Notes under the pieces: model-generated
The model's input: only the letters and a program-made list of their open reading frames with translations
Databases searched by the model: none
What the model was told of the DNA's origin: nothing
Made by a program: the position numbers and the translations under genes
Origin: an uncultured archaeon
GTDB lineage: Archaea > Aenigmatarchaeota > Aenigmatarchaeia > CG10238-14 > SCSR01
Length of the DNA stretch: 56,024 bases
Assembly: GCA_964537835.1 (NCBI GenBank)
Contig: CAZICS010000004.1
Location: 1 to 56,024 of the forward strand
Direction of reading: 5' to 3'
In this document: positions 1 to 9,366 of the stretch, piece by piece
How the letters are laid out: each line of letters begins with the position of its first letter
Position numbering within the stretch: the stretch's first letter is position 1

Positions 1-1
1 T

Positions 2-412
2 GGTAACAAAAATCACTTCCTTACAAGCATTCAAAACACTCATAGCCTCTCTTCCTAGGCCAGGAGCTGAGTCAAGCAAAACTATATCTGCATTCCCAAA
101 ATCCAAGCTCTTAAGCTTGTTTATATCTATTCCTATTAATTCTTCTATAGTCAAGGCTGCCGGCACAATTCTTACTCCGCTAGGATGATAATAGGTTGCT
201 TCTTCCAAAGAAATTTCATCCTTCAAAACTTGATTTAAGGTTTTTGGGTAATAGTATAAATCAAAATAAAAGCCCAAATGAGAAGTTGTTACATTACAAT
301 CGACTATAGTTACTCTTTTTTCAAAATTTGCTAGAGCAACTCCGAGATTTGCTACTAGAGTGGTTTTTCCTACTCCACCTTTCCCAGAAACAATTCCTAT
401 TATCCTAACCAT
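2..412 (-). CDS. minD: MinD/ParA-family ATPase (partial, runs off window start)
   Basis: Not in ORF track. Manual translation from ATG at 412: MVRIIGIVSGKGGVGKTTLVANLGVALA...DSAPGLGREA, with the deviant Walker A KGGVGKTT; open to position 1. Confidence 0.88.
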   Translation of the reverse strand, partial: MVRIIGIVSGKGGVGKTTLVANLGVALANFEKRVTIVDCNVTTSHLGFYFDLYYYPKTLNQVLKDEISLEEATYYHPSGVRIVPAALTIEELIGIDINKLKSLDFGNADIVLLDSAPGLGREAMSVLNACKEVIFVT

Positions 413-423
413 CTAACCAATTA

Positions 424-1677
424 TTATTTGACTAATTTTTCATAAATTGCTAACGTTCTTTTAGCAGCCTTTTCCCAAGTAAATTCTTTCAAAACTCTTT
501 TCCTTCCATTCTTCCCCCATTTTTTAGCTTCCTCAAAATTTCTCAAAACCTCTTTGATACCCCAAGCTATATCTTCAGGCTTATTTCCATCTATATGCAC
601 GCCTGTCCTATTTGGACCAGAAGGAATAACCTGTTCTCTTAAACCAGAAATTCCTGAAGCTCCTACTACTACAGGCCTTTCCATAGCCATTGCCTCTAAG
701 CTTACAATCCCAAAAGGCTCGCTTAATGAAGGAAAAACGCAGACATCGGCCATCACATAATGCAGAATTCTTTCTTCCTCGCTAACCCATTCTGAGCGAA
801 TTATAACCTTATTCCCTATGTTATGCTGTTGAACGAAAGTTATTAGATCTTTGTATTGCTCTCCCTTTCCTAAAATAACTAGTTTTACGTCAGGAAACTC
901 TTCTAGAACTAAAGGCATAGCATTAACCAGATTATAAACACCTTTTACTGCTGTCAATCTTCCAATGAAGAAAATAACTTTCTCTTCAGGCTTGATTCCG
1001 TATAGCTTCTTTAATTCCTCAACTTTCTTTGGATCAACTTTCTTTGGATCATATTTTTCTGGGTCGCAGCCATTATAACAAACATTAATTTTTTCTTTTG
1101 GATATCCTAAAGAAACTAAAAAATCCTTCATCGAATAAGAAACTGTAATTATAGAGTCAGCATCTCTAGCAGCCTCTCTTTCTATTTCTTTTATAACTTG
1201 GGAGCCTCCTCCTAAAGCTCTTTGCTCTTCTATCGAATGAACATGGAATACTGTAGGCAAAGAAGGGATTTCTTTTTCTATTATTGCTCCTGCAAAAGCT
1301 GCCAACCAATCATGAAATGCTACTACATCAAACTTTTCTTTTTTTCTTTTAACCAGTAGGTTAACAAATTTTGAAGCTGAAAGATAGTTGTAAGAAAAAA
1401 TGTCAGAGAAGAATTTTATGTGAGTTCCCCATCTTTTTAAATCCTCCCTCACAAAAATAGGAAATACTTTGCTTGAATCAACGAGCATCGGTCTATGGAT
1501 TTCTATACCATCCCATTCTTCATAGGTTTTTAAAGTGCCATCATTCAAAGTAAAGACCGTAATTTCATGCCCCATTTCTTTAAATTTCTTCGTAATTTCA
1601 ATTGCATAAGTTCCCAAACCGCCAACCAAGCGAGGCCAATACTCCCAGACAAAGAAAGCAATTTTCATAATTATCAT
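424..1677 (-). CDS. GT4-family glycosyltransferase (glycogen/alpha-glucan synthase-like)
   Basis: N-terminal WEYWPRLVGGLG, HDWL and C-terminal PSLSEPFGIVSLEAMA GT-B motif; likely start MKIAFF at 1668. Confidence 0.88.
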   Translation of the reverse strand: MIIMKIAFFVWEYWPRLVGGLGTYAIEITKKFKEMGHEITVFTLNDGTLKTYEEWDGIEIHRPMLVDSSKVFPIFVREDLKRWGTHIKFFSDIFSYNYLSASKFVNLLVKRKKEKFDVVAFHDWLAAFAGAIIEKEIPSLPTVFHVHSIEEQRALGGGSQVIKEIEREAARDADSIITVSYSMKDFLVSLGYPKEKINVCYNGCDPEKYDPKKVDPKKVEELKKLYGIKPEEKVIFFIGRLTAVKGVYNLVNAMPLVLEEFPDVKLVILGKGEQYKDLITFVQQHNIGNKVIIRSEWVSEEERILHYVMADVCVFPSLSEPFGIVSLEAMAMERPVVVGASGISGLREQVIPSGPNRTGVHIDGNKPEDIAWGIKEVLRNFEEAKKWGKNGRKRVLKEFTWEKAAKRTLAIYEKLVK

Positions 1678-2717
1678 TTCTCCGTCTTAAATCTTAAGCT
1701 TTTGGCTAATTCTTCTGGCAAGGTTTCTACTATGGATTCCGAATGCAAAAGTTCCATAAAACCTATATCTGAGACATAAAATTGAGAAAAAGTAGGGCGA
1801 GAAACTAACTTCAGGTTGAGCAGAAAATAATCGCTTATATCCCTGCCCATAGGACCAGAAAAAATCGAAAGGTTCAAAGCTTTTATCCCTTTCCTATACA
1901 AGCCCTTAAAAATTTTTTCTAATCCCAAAGCCAAATCTTTCAAATCTTTCTGGCTTAGCTTATCCAGGTTTGAGATTTTTCTTGTTATTATCCCTGAGAC
2001 TTGATTGTTCTTGACTGGAGCAAAATCTGCTATCCAAGCAAAAGAGCCAAGCTTACCTATATACCTTTCTTTTCTCTTCTTTTCCTCTTTTATTAAATCC
2101 ATCCAAAAGTTAGAGCCAAACTTTTTGAAATACTCAAGGCCCTTTCTGATTAAAAGTTCTGTAAAGAAAGTTGGTTTATCGTCGAGCAAAACCTGAAAAT
2201 GAGGATGAATTATAGAAGCTCCTGCAGAGGGGAGAAAATTAAAGTTTATGCTTGGATACTTAAAGCTAGGGTTAGTTTTATTAGCTGAGTTTAAAAATTC
2301 TATACTAACCTTTAAGGAATCGAGTAAAATTTTTGAATCAATTTTCTTCAAAGGGAAATAATGCTTTCTCGCATCCAAAACGACTACCGCATGAAAGGGG
2401 CTGCAAGGAAATAAATTTGGGAATAAAACAGAATTTTTTCCAAAATACCTTTCTTTCAAGCCAACGAATTTGGGTGTAGACTTTTCTATATTCTTTAAAC
2501 AAAAAAAGCAATTTTTTCTACTTTCTTTTACTATTCTTTCAAAAGCTTTTCTATCTTCTTTTACTTGTTTTGGTCTTTGGCTTCTTTTTAAGTTTATCCT
2601 GCAAGTAATTGAAGTTAGAGGATCCTTTCTGAATTCTATGAGTTGCTCATCCAAAGAGAAATTAAGCAAAGGATTCTTAAACTTTGCTCTCAAAACTCTT
2701 TTTTCAAACTTTATCAT
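1674..2717 (-). CDS. galT: Galactose-1-phosphate uridylyltransferase (GalT-like, HIT superfamily)
   Basis: EFRKDPLT, CFFC Zn motif, NLFP, and AGASIIHPHFQ (HxHxQ) catalytic motif. Confidence 0.82.
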   Translation of the reverse strand: MIKFEKRVLRAKFKNPLLNFSLDEQLIEFRKDPLTSITCRINLKRSQRPKQVKEDRKAFERIVKESRKNCFFCLKNIEKSTPKFVGLKERYFGKNSVLFPNLFPCSPFHAVVVLDARKHYFPLKKIDSKILLDSLKVSIEFLNSANKTNPSFKYPSINFNFLPSAGASIIHPHFQVLLDDKPTFFTELLIRKGLEYFKKFGSNFWMDLIKEEKKRKERYIGKLGSFAWIADFAPVKNNQVSGIITRKISNLDKLSQKDLKDLALGLEKIFKGLYRKGIKALNLSIFSGPMGRDISDYFLLNLKLVSRPTFSQFYVSDIGFMELLHSESIVETLPEELAKSLRFKTEK

Positions 2718-2757
2718 TAAATTTAGTTTATAGTTTTGGAAAATAAATTTAATATCA

Positions 2758-4083
2758 ATGAGTATTTTTAGGAGCTGCGATATTCGAGGGGTTTACGGAA
2801 AAGATTTAACCGATGAAATAGCTTTTAAGCTTGGGAAAGCTGTGGGTAGTTTCATAAAGGGAGGAAAAATTTGCGTAGCCTACGATTCAAGAGAAGTTTC
2901 AAGAAAATTTTTCAAAAAATTTACTCAAGGATTGATTGCTTCGGGCTCTGAAGTAATTTCTTTAGGAATGCTACCAAACCCCATTCTTTACTTCTATGCA
3001 TGGAAGAAAAAAATATTCGGATGTATAATCACGGCCTCTCATAATCCAAAAGAATGGACAGGCTTAAAGCTCGTTAAGCCTGATGGAACCAGTTTTGTTG
3101 AAGAAATAAAAAAGATTAGAAAAATATTTGAGGAAGGAAAATTTGCTGAAGGAAAAGGAAAGCTTAAAAGAAGAAAGGATGCCATAAGCTTGTACAAAAA
3201 TTTCTTGAAGAAAAAGTTTAAGAAAATGAAGGAAAAAATAGTGGTTGAATGCTTTGGTGGCGTTGGAGTTCTATTCCTTAAAATTTTAAAAGAACTTGGG
3301 TTAGAAGTTAGAGGTTTACATACTAAGCTTAATCCAAACTTTTATGGATTAAAAAGGCTCGAACCAAAGGGAAGAAACTTAAGCTTGCTTAAACAAAAAG
3401 TAAAAGAAGAAAAAGCAAATTTTGGCGCTGCTTTTGATGGAGATGGTGATAGAGCAGTTTTCGTTGATGATAGAGGGAGAGAATTGAGCGGAAGTGAAAT
3501 GAACTATATTTTTATTCAAGATATCCTTGGAAGAAAAAAGGGAAAAATTATTTTAACCGTAGATTGTGCCAGCGAGCTGGAAGATTTGGTCAAGAGGCTG
3601 GGGGGAAAGCTAATCTGGTGGAAGATCGGTCATGGTTTTATAGAGAAAAAAATTAAGGAGGAAAATGCATTATTTGCTGGAGAACAAAGTTCCCATTTCT
3701 ACTTCAATGAATTCTATCCTTTTTCTGATGGAACTCTAGCAATCCTATACTTAGTAAGAATTCTATCGAAAAAGAAGGAAAAACTTTCCAAGCTTGTTAG
3801 AAAAATAAAGCTAAAGCCTATCGAAAGAGTTTATTTGAAAGCTGGAAGTGATGAGAAAAAGATTAAGGTTATAGAAAAAATCAAGAATGAATTCCCAAGA
3901 TGTTTTAGGTTAGCGGATGGAGTTAAAATTAAGCTTAACTCTGAAGAATGGGTTTTGATAAGAGCAAGCCAAAATATGCCAGAAATAAACATTTGTGTAG
4001 AAGCGAAGAATAAAAAAAGGCTAAAAAAAATAATTAAGAAATATTCAAAGCTTGTGAAAAGAAAACTTAAAGAAATAAGTTAA
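2758..4083 (+). CDS. Phosphomannomutase/phosphoglucomutase
   Basis: SIFRSCDIRG, TASHNP phosphoserine loop, FDGDGDR metal loop, GEQSSH sugar loop. Confidence 0.93.
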   Translation: MSIFRSCDIRGVYGKDLTDEIAFKLGKAVGSFIKGGKICVAYDSREVSRKFFKKFTQGLIASGSEVISLGMLPNPILYFYAWKKKIFGCIITASHNPKEWTGLKLVKPDGTSFVEEIKKIRKIFEEGKFAEGKGKLKRRKDAISLYKNFLKKKFKKMKEKIVVECFGGVGVLFLKILKELGLEVRGLHTKLNPNFYGLKRLEPKGRNLSLLKQKVKEEKANFGAAFDGDGDRAVFVDDRGRELSGSEMNYIFIQDILGRKKGKIILTVDCASELEDLVKRLGGKLIWWKIGHGFIEKKIKEENALFAGEQSSHFYFNEFYPFSDGTLAILYLVRILSKKKEKLSKLVRKIKLKPIERVYLKAGSDEKKIKVIEKIKNEFPRCFRLADGVKIKLNSEEWVLIRASQNMPEINICVEAKNKKRLKKIIKKYSKLVKRKLKEIS

Positions 4084-4099
4084 AATTCAAATTAAAATT

Positions 4100-5047
4100 A
4101 TGGTTGAGGTAACTGTTTTGGGAGATATAAACGTTGATTTGCTTACTCCTCCAATAAAAGCTTATCCTAAAAAAGACTCGCAAGTTTTGATTCCCAATCT
4201 AAAAATGGAAGTTGGCGGTTGTGCCGCACATTCTGCTCTAGCTTTAGCTAAGCTTGAAGTTAAAACCAGGCTAATAGGATTAATCGGAAAAGATTGGTTT
4301 GGAAAATTTTTGCTCGAAAAGTTAAAAGAGTTTAGGGTTGATTCAAAAGTTAAGCAAGCTGAAAGAGGAAAAACGGGGATAAGCTTTGGTATAAGCTTTA
4401 AAGATGGAAAAAGAAGTCTAATAACTTTTAGGGGAACCAATTCCTTACTTTCTTTGAAAGATTTTAAGCTTGAAGCTTTAGGAGGGAAAATCTTTTTGCT
4501 TGGTGGATATAATCTACTAAGGAGTTTAGAGAAAGATGCAGGAAAAATCTTGAAATTTGTGAAGGAAAAAGGAATGCTCACATGCTTAGAGCCAGATTTG
4601 AAAAGTGGGGTTAATTGCAATTTAAGAATGTTTAAGAAAAACCTAAAGTTAGTTGATTTTTTTCTTCCTGACTTTGAAGAAGGAAAGATTTTAACAAAAG
4701 AAAAGGATGAAGCCAAAATTGCAAAAAAGATTTTAAGGTTTGGCTGCAAGCATGTTGTTTTAAAACTTGATAAAAAGGGATGCTTGATAGCTAATAAAAA
4801 AGAGAGTTTTAGGATAAGAGCGTTCAAAGTTAAAGCAGTAAACCCTACTGGAGCTGGAGATTTTTTCAACGCTGGCTTTATCTATGGTTTGTTAAAGTAT
4901 AAGAGCTTGAAAAAAGCTGGAATTCTTGGGAATATAGCAGGTGCTTTTGCTGTCACCAAGTTTGGAGAGGAAAGGTGTATCAACAAGGAGGAAATGGAAA
5001 AATGGTCGAAAAAAGTAAGCTTGGAAAAGTTTATAGAAGAAGCATAG
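4100..5047 (+). CDS. PfkB/ribokinase-family carbohydrate kinase
   Basis: GDINVD, GGCAAHSALALAKL and the NPTGAGDFFNAGF PfkB signature. Confidence 0.9.
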   Translation: MVEVTVLGDINVDLLTPPIKAYPKKDSQVLIPNLKMEVGGCAAHSALALAKLEVKTRLIGLIGKDWFGKFLLEKLKEFRVDSKVKQAERGKTGISFGISFKDGKRSLITFRGTNSLLSLKDFKLEALGGKIFLLGGYNLLRSLEKDAGKILKFVKEKGMLTCLEPDLKSGVNCNLRMFKKNLKLVDFFLPDFEEGKILTKEKDEAKIAKKILRFGCKHVVLKLDKKGCLIANKKESFRIRAFKVKAVNPTGAGDFFNAGFIYGLLKYKSLKKAGILGNIAGAFAVTKFGEERCINKEEMEKWSKKVSLEKFIEEA

Positions 5048-6165
5048 AAGTCATAAAAGCTTGTTCGTTAAAAAATGGGGCTATAGTAGCTTCGAACATT
5101 TTGGATGAAGCTTATCCAAAAGATGTGAAAAGCTACTTTTATGTTTGGCCGAGAGATGCAAGCTTTGTTTGCTATGCAGCAGACTTGCTCGGGTTACATG
5201 AAATTCCTGAAAGGTTTTTTGAGTGGTGTTGGAAAAGGGCTGAATTGTTTAGAGAAAAAGGAGTTTTTCTAGCTCAAAAGTATTATCCGCATGGAAGAGC
5301 AGCTGGAGATTTTGATATTGGAATAAAAATTTCTGATTTAAAAAACGAAAAGCTTAGGAGAATTGCTAAAAATAAAATGGTTGTAAGACTCTTCTACATG
5401 CATTTTCAGCCTGATCAAACAGCCTCGCTTTTATGGGCAATCCATGAGCATTCAAAATTCAGAAAAGTTAACAAGTTTCACGATATGGTTAAAAAAGCTG
5501 CTAATGGTTTATGCAAGCTATGGAATGAAAAGTGCTTCAAAATACCTTCTTTCGATTTATGGGAAGAGAAAGTTGCTAACCCTAAGCTTGAACAAGTTCA
5601 TACTTATTCTTTAGCCATGTGCATTAAAGGCTTAAAGAGTGCGGCTGAACTGATTAAACCGAAAAGAAAATGGTTAAATTGTATAGAAGCAATGGAAAAA
5701 GCTTTGGAGAAATGTTATTTAAGCTATTTCGTTAAAACTTATGGAAAGAAAATAGATAGAACTATAGATTCTTCTGCTTTAGGTTTAGTATGGCCAGCCG
5801 AGGTAATTGAAGCGAAGGATAAAAGAATGGTTCTAACTGTTAAAAAAATCTTGGAAAAAAATGAGATTAATGGAGGTATTCTTAGATATCCTAAGGATAG
5901 GTATGATGGAAAAATAAGCTTTGGTAAGTTGAAGTTAGGCGGAGCTGGTGCTTGGCCCCTTCTAAATTTTTGGACTTCGATCTATTTTTTAAAAGCTGGT
6001 AAGAGAAAGGAAGCGCTAAAATATTTTAACTGGGTTTTGGAAAGGATAGATGATAAAATACCAGAGCAAATTAAAAACGATAAGCCAGCATCCATAATTC
6101 CTCTAGCTTGGGGGCATGCGATGTTTATAATTGCAAGCAAATTTCTAAGTTTCGCTAAGATTTAA
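5002..6165 (+). CDS. Glycoside hydrolase family 15 (glucoamylase-like)
   Basis: YFYVWPRDAS, FDLWEE catalytic acid, ILRYPKDRY, IPEQI and PLAWGHAMF; probable start MVEKSK at 5002 (ORF track starts 4975). Confidence 0.87.
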   Translation: MVEKSKLGKVYRRSIEVIKACSLKNGAIVASNILDEAYPKDVKSYFYVWPRDASFVCYAADLLGLHEIPERFFEWCWKRAELFREKGVFLAQKYYPHGRAAGDFDIGIKISDLKNEKLRRIAKNKMVVRLFYMHFQPDQTASLLWAIHEHSKFRKVNKFHDMVKKAANGLCKLWNEKCFKIPSFDLWEEKVANPKLEQVHTYSLAMCIKGLKSAAELIKPKRKWLNCIEAMEKALEKCYLSYFVKTYGKKIDRTIDSSALGLVWPAEVIEAKDKRMVLTVKKILEKNEINGGILRYPKDRYDGKISFGKLKLGGAGAWPLLNFWTSIYFLKAGKRKEALKYFNWVLERIDDKIPEQIKNDKPASIIPLAWGHAMFIIASKFLSFAKI

Positions 6166-6191
6166 AAATTTAGCTATTTTTTATAACTAAC

Positions 6192-6716
6192 ATGAAAGTA
6201 GCAGCTGTCTTAGGCTCGGAGCTAGAAGAAGCATTAAGGAGAGTTGAGTATACTTTAGAAAGAGTTAAACCAGATGTTTTAATCCTTTCGTGCACAGAGA
6301 TAGCGAGAGATATGGAGAAGCATGCGAGGAAATTAGAATATAAAGGGAAAATTATAATAGACGAGAATTCTGCAAGTACTTATGAAAATGCGAAAAACAT
6401 AAGAGAAATTTTAGAGAGATTTCCAGAAAAAGGAGAAATTTATGTATGTACTTCTAGCTATCATGTCCCGAGCGCTAGCCTGATCTTCAGAAGTTATTTG
6501 AAAGGTAAACCTTATTCGTTTAAGATAGTTTCCCTTCCAACATCTCTTCCTACTAAAAGTATTTTGAGAAATAGTGTGATTGAGGTTTTAAGTATTCTTC
6601 AAGATTTAGCTTCAATTTATCTCTGTAAAATCTATCGAAGAGAAGATGTATACGAAAACACTCTCAAGAAACTCAAGGTATTTTTTACTGAAAAAATTTT
6701 AGTCTCTTTTTCTTAA
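6192..6716 (+). CDS. YdcF/DUF218-family protein
   Basis: ENSASTYENAK and VCTSSYHVP match the DUF218 SxxTxENA and TSxxH motifs. Confidence 0.7.
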   Translation: MKVAAVLGSELEEALRRVEYTLERVKPDVLILSCTEIARDMEKHARKLEYKGKIIIDENSASTYENAKNIREILERFPEKGEIYVCTSSYHVPSASLIFRSYLKGKPYSFKIVSLPTSLPTKSILRNSVIEVLSILQDLASIYLCKIYRREDVYENTLKKLKVFFTEKILVSFS

Positions 6717-6725
6717 ACTAAATTA

Positions 6726-6953
6726 ATGAGAAAAGAAAAATTGACTTTCAGAGATATAGAAAAAATCGATTTGATCGGTATTGTAATTGTATTTATTTTA
6801 GTTCTCTTGTACATGGATTTCTTCGACTTGAATGAAAAATACGGATTTCCAATTAATCTCCTAGATGAGCCTTTGCTGATCATCATGGGAATTATACTTG
6901 GATATATCTTGGGTAAGTTTAGGGTGAAAAGAACTTTGAGAAAATTGATTTGA
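6726..6953 (+). CDS. Small two-TM membrane protein, unknown function
   Basis: 75 aa with two hydrophobic segments; co-oriented with neighbours. Confidence 0.6.
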   Translation: MRKEKLTFRDIEKIDLIGIVIVFILVLLYMDFFDLNEKYGFPINLLDEPLLIIMGIILGYILGKFRVKRTLRKLI

Positions 6954-6984
6954 TTTCTTATTTCCTCAAACTAAAATTAAATTA

Positions 6985-7302
6985 ATGAGAAGAGGGAGAA
7001 AACCTGAGTGGCAAAGGAGAATAGCAAAAGAAAGAATTAAAATTTTGCTCGAGCTAGCTGAAAAAGAATTTAAAGCGCATCCTGAAAGGAGCAGAAGGTA
7101 TATTCAACTAGCAAGAAAGATTGGGCTAAGGTATAATGTAAGGCTTTCGAAAGAATTGAAAAGGAAATTTTGTAAGAATTGCAATTCTTTACTAGTTCCT
7201 GGGCTTAGCTCGCAAGTAAGGATTAAAAGTAAGGAAAAAATAGTTGAGATTAAATGCTTGAATTGCGGAAAAGTTTATAGATATCCTTATTCGAGGAAAT
7301 AA
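6985..7302 (+). CDS. rnp4: RNase P protein component 4 (Rpp21)
   Basis: [23 protein letters not shown]...CLNC Zn ribbon. Confidence 0.95.
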   Translation: MRRGRKPEWQRRIAKERIKILLELAEKEFKAHPERSRRYIQLARKIGLRYNVRLSKELKRKFCKNCNSLLVPGLSSQVRIKSKEKIVEIKCLNCGKVYRYPYSRK

Positions 7303-7361
7303 AATTTTTATCTTTTAATTTTCATATCGATTTAAATATACTTGCAACCAAAAGGATAAGT

Positions 7362-7781
7362 ATGGTAACGGCAAGAGAGGTAAATCCCCAAAAGCTTGTT
7401 GAAAGAGTTAAGGAAGAATTAAAGAAGTTCGAGGAAATTAAGCCCCCCTCATGGAGTTTTTTTGTTAAATCTGGCTCTCATAAGGAAAAACCTCCTGAGC
7501 AGCCAGATTTTTGGTATATTAGGGCTGCTTCAATCTTAAGGAGGATTTATTTGGACGGCCCTGTAGGGGTTGAAAGGTTAAGAACCTATTATGGAGGGAG
7601 AAAAAGGAGAGGAACTGAGCCTGCAAAATTCAGAAAAGCCTCTGGTAATATAATAAGAAAGATTTTACAGCAACTAGAAAAAGCTGGTTTGGTCGAAAAG
7701 ACTAAAAAGGGGAGGAAGATTACAAGCAAAGGACAAGCTTTTTTGGATAGAATTGCCTATGAGGTAAGTAAAAGTGAATGA
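7362..7781 (+). CDS. rps19e: 30S ribosomal protein S19e
   Basis: [45 protein letters not shown]. Confidence 0.97.
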   Translation: MVTAREVNPQKLVERVKEELKKFEEIKPPSWSFFVKSGSHKEKPPEQPDFWYIRAASILRRIYLDGPVGVERLRTYYGGRKRRGTEPAKFRKASGNIIRKILQQLEKAGLVEKTKKGRKITSKGQAFLDRIAYEVSKSE

Positions 7782-8013
7782 AGAAATTGAAAAGTTGAAA
7801 AAAGAGGTTTTGAAGAAGATTTTGAGTAAAGAAGCTTTCGAAAGGTTAGGAAGGATAAGGTTAGTCAAGCCTGCTCTAGCAGCTCAGCTAGAACTCTATT
7901 TAATCCAGCTTTACCAAGCAGGCAAGCTTAAAACTCATATATCCGATGAACAACTAAAGCTTATCTTAGAAAAGCTTAGCTCAGGAAAAAAATTTAAGAT
8001 AATAAGGAAGTGA
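7774..8013 (+). CDS. DNA-binding protein, PDCD5/TFAR19 family
   Basis: [18 protein letters not shown]...QLELYLIQL...[10 protein letters not shown]; conserved position after rps19e. Confidence 0.9.
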   Translation: MNEEIEKLKKEVLKKILSKEAFERLGRIRLVKPALAAQLELYLIQLYQAGKLKTHISDEQLKLILEKLSSGKKFKIIRK

Positions 8014-8017
8014 TTGG

Positions 8018-8251
8018 ATGGGAAGAAAGAAGAAAGTTGGAAGTGCGGGAAGGTTTGGGGCGAGATACGGAAAAAAGGTTAGGAAAATAGTTGCTGAAAT
8101 AGAAAAAGTTCAAAAGCAAAGACATATATGTCCAAAATGCAATATGCCATATGTTAAGAGAGTTGCTGCTGGCATATGGGAATGTAAGAAATGCGGGACA
8201 AAATTTGCTGGTTTAGCTTACATGCCTGGTGAAACTAAAAAGGAGGAATGA
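8018..8251 (+). CDS. rpl37ae: 50S ribosomal protein L37Ae (eL43)
   Basis: [16 protein letters not shown]...GIWECKKC. Confidence 0.96.
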   Translation: MGRKKKVGSAGRFGARYGKKVRKIVAEIEKVQKQRHICPKCNMPYVKRVAAGIWECKKCGTKFAGLAYMPGETKKEE

Positions 8252-8253
8252 AG

Positions 8254-8382
8254 ATGTATAAGTGTATTAAATGCAAGAAAATCGTTCCAAAGCTGGATGA
8301 GAAAATTAGATGTCCTTATTGCGGGTTTAGGATTTTTATAAAGTTAAGACCGCCAGTCGTTAAAAGAGTTAGGGCGAGATGA
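8254..8382 (+). CDS. rpoP: RNA polymerase subunit P (Rpo12)
   Basis: Not in ORF track; 42 aa MYKCIKCKK...IRCPYCGFRIFIKLRPPVVKRVRAR, with GGAGG upstream and the canonical position after rpl37ae. Confidence 0.93.
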   Translation: MYKCIKCKKIVPKLDEKIRCPYCGFRIFIKLRPPVVKRVRAR

Positions 8383-8717
8383 TGGAAGTTGATGAAAATA
8401 CAAAAAATTTGATAGCCCAATTCCAAGCATATCAACAGCAATTGCAAGCTATTTTAATCCAAAAGGAAAGCTTAAAATTGCAGAATTTGGAAATAGAGAA
8501 GGCTTTAGATGAGCTTAAAAAAACTAAGGAGAAAAAAGCGTATAAGATTGCAGGACAAATAATGGTTTTAAAGCCTGTAGATGAATTGAAAAAAGAGTTG
8601 GAAGAGTTAAAAGAGAACATTGAGTTAAGAATAAAAAGTTTAGAAAAGAGCGAGGAAAGGATAAGCGATAAATTAAAAAATTTGCAAAAAGAAATAAGGG
8701 AAAAAGTGAAGGGATGA
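8379..8717 (+). CDS. pfdB: Prefoldin beta subunit
   Basis: Coiled-coil halves flanking KAYKIAGQIMV; canonical neighbourhood. Confidence 0.92.
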   Translation: MMEVDENTKNLIAQFQAYQQQLQAILIQKESLKLQNLEIEKALDELKKTKEKKAYKIAGQIMVLKPVDELKKELEELKENIELRIKSLEKSEERISDKLKNLQKEIREKVKG

Positions 8718-8971
8718 GCATGAAGCTGGAGAATATTATCTCGCTCATGGATCAAATAATAAACGATAGGACTGTACCAAGGAATATAAGAAGGGCTGTA
8801 GAAGAATCGAAGAATGCTTTGAATGGAAACGACCCTCCAGAAGTAAAGCTTAGCACAGCCATAAGCATTTTGGACGAGATAATAAATGATCCGAACATGC
8901 CAATCTATGCAAGAACTAAAATTTGGAACATAGTTAGCATGTTGGAAGAGAAAAGGAGAGAGTTAGGTTAA
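8714..8971 (+). CDS. UPF0147-family protein
   Basis: IINDRTVPRNIRRA...DPNMPIYARTKIWNIVSMLE. Confidence 0.88.
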   Translation: MSMKLENIISLMDQIINDRTVPRNIRRAVEESKNALNGNDPPEVKLSTAISILDEIINDPNMPIYARTKIWNIVSMLEEKRRELG

Positions 8972-9012
8972 ATATTTAACTTTGAAGTACAATTAATTAA
9001 TTAAGTGAGAAA

Positions 9013-9366
9013 GTGGTCTTAGAAAAACTTTTAAGAAAGGTTAAACCTTCTGAAGTTGAAGAAGAAGAGGAATTTTTAGAGTTGGATGAAGCATTGCTGG
9101 AAGAGGAAGAAAAGGTTAATGTTAAAATAGAAAACCTAACTTCTTTTTCTGATGTTGAAAGAATTCAGCAAAGCTTAAGGGAAGGAAATGTAGTTTTTGT
9201 TAAAATCAAGGATTTAAGGGATAGGGATTTGGACGAGCTTAAGAGATGCGTAGATAGGTTGAAAAAGACTTGCTTGGCCATGAATGGCGATATAGCAGTA
9301 GTTCATGACGATTTCCTAGTTATAACTCCTGAATTTGCAAGAGTTTACAGAGGAAAAGCAGCCTAG
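9013..9366 (+). CDS. sepF: Cell division protein SepF (archaeal)
   Basis: LREGNVVFVKI, LKKTCLAMNGDIAVV, FLVITP; GTG start after AAGTGA. Confidence 0.85.
   Translation: MVLEKLLRKVKPSEVEEEEEFLELDEALLEEEEKVNVKIENLTSFSDVERIQQSLREGNVVFVKIKDLRDRDLDELKRCVDRLKKTCLAMNGDIAVVHDDFLVITPEFARVYRGKAA

Noticed and set aside
4975-5047. Overlap between the PfkB kinase and GH15 genes
   Set aside because: Shrinks to 46 bp with the likely start at 5002; an ordinary compact-genome overlap with no sign of recoding.
6717-6991. Short repeat TAAATTAATGAGAA at the starts of two nearby genes
   Set aside because: About 14 bp, AT-rich and includes the start codon; chance or shared leader preference suffices.
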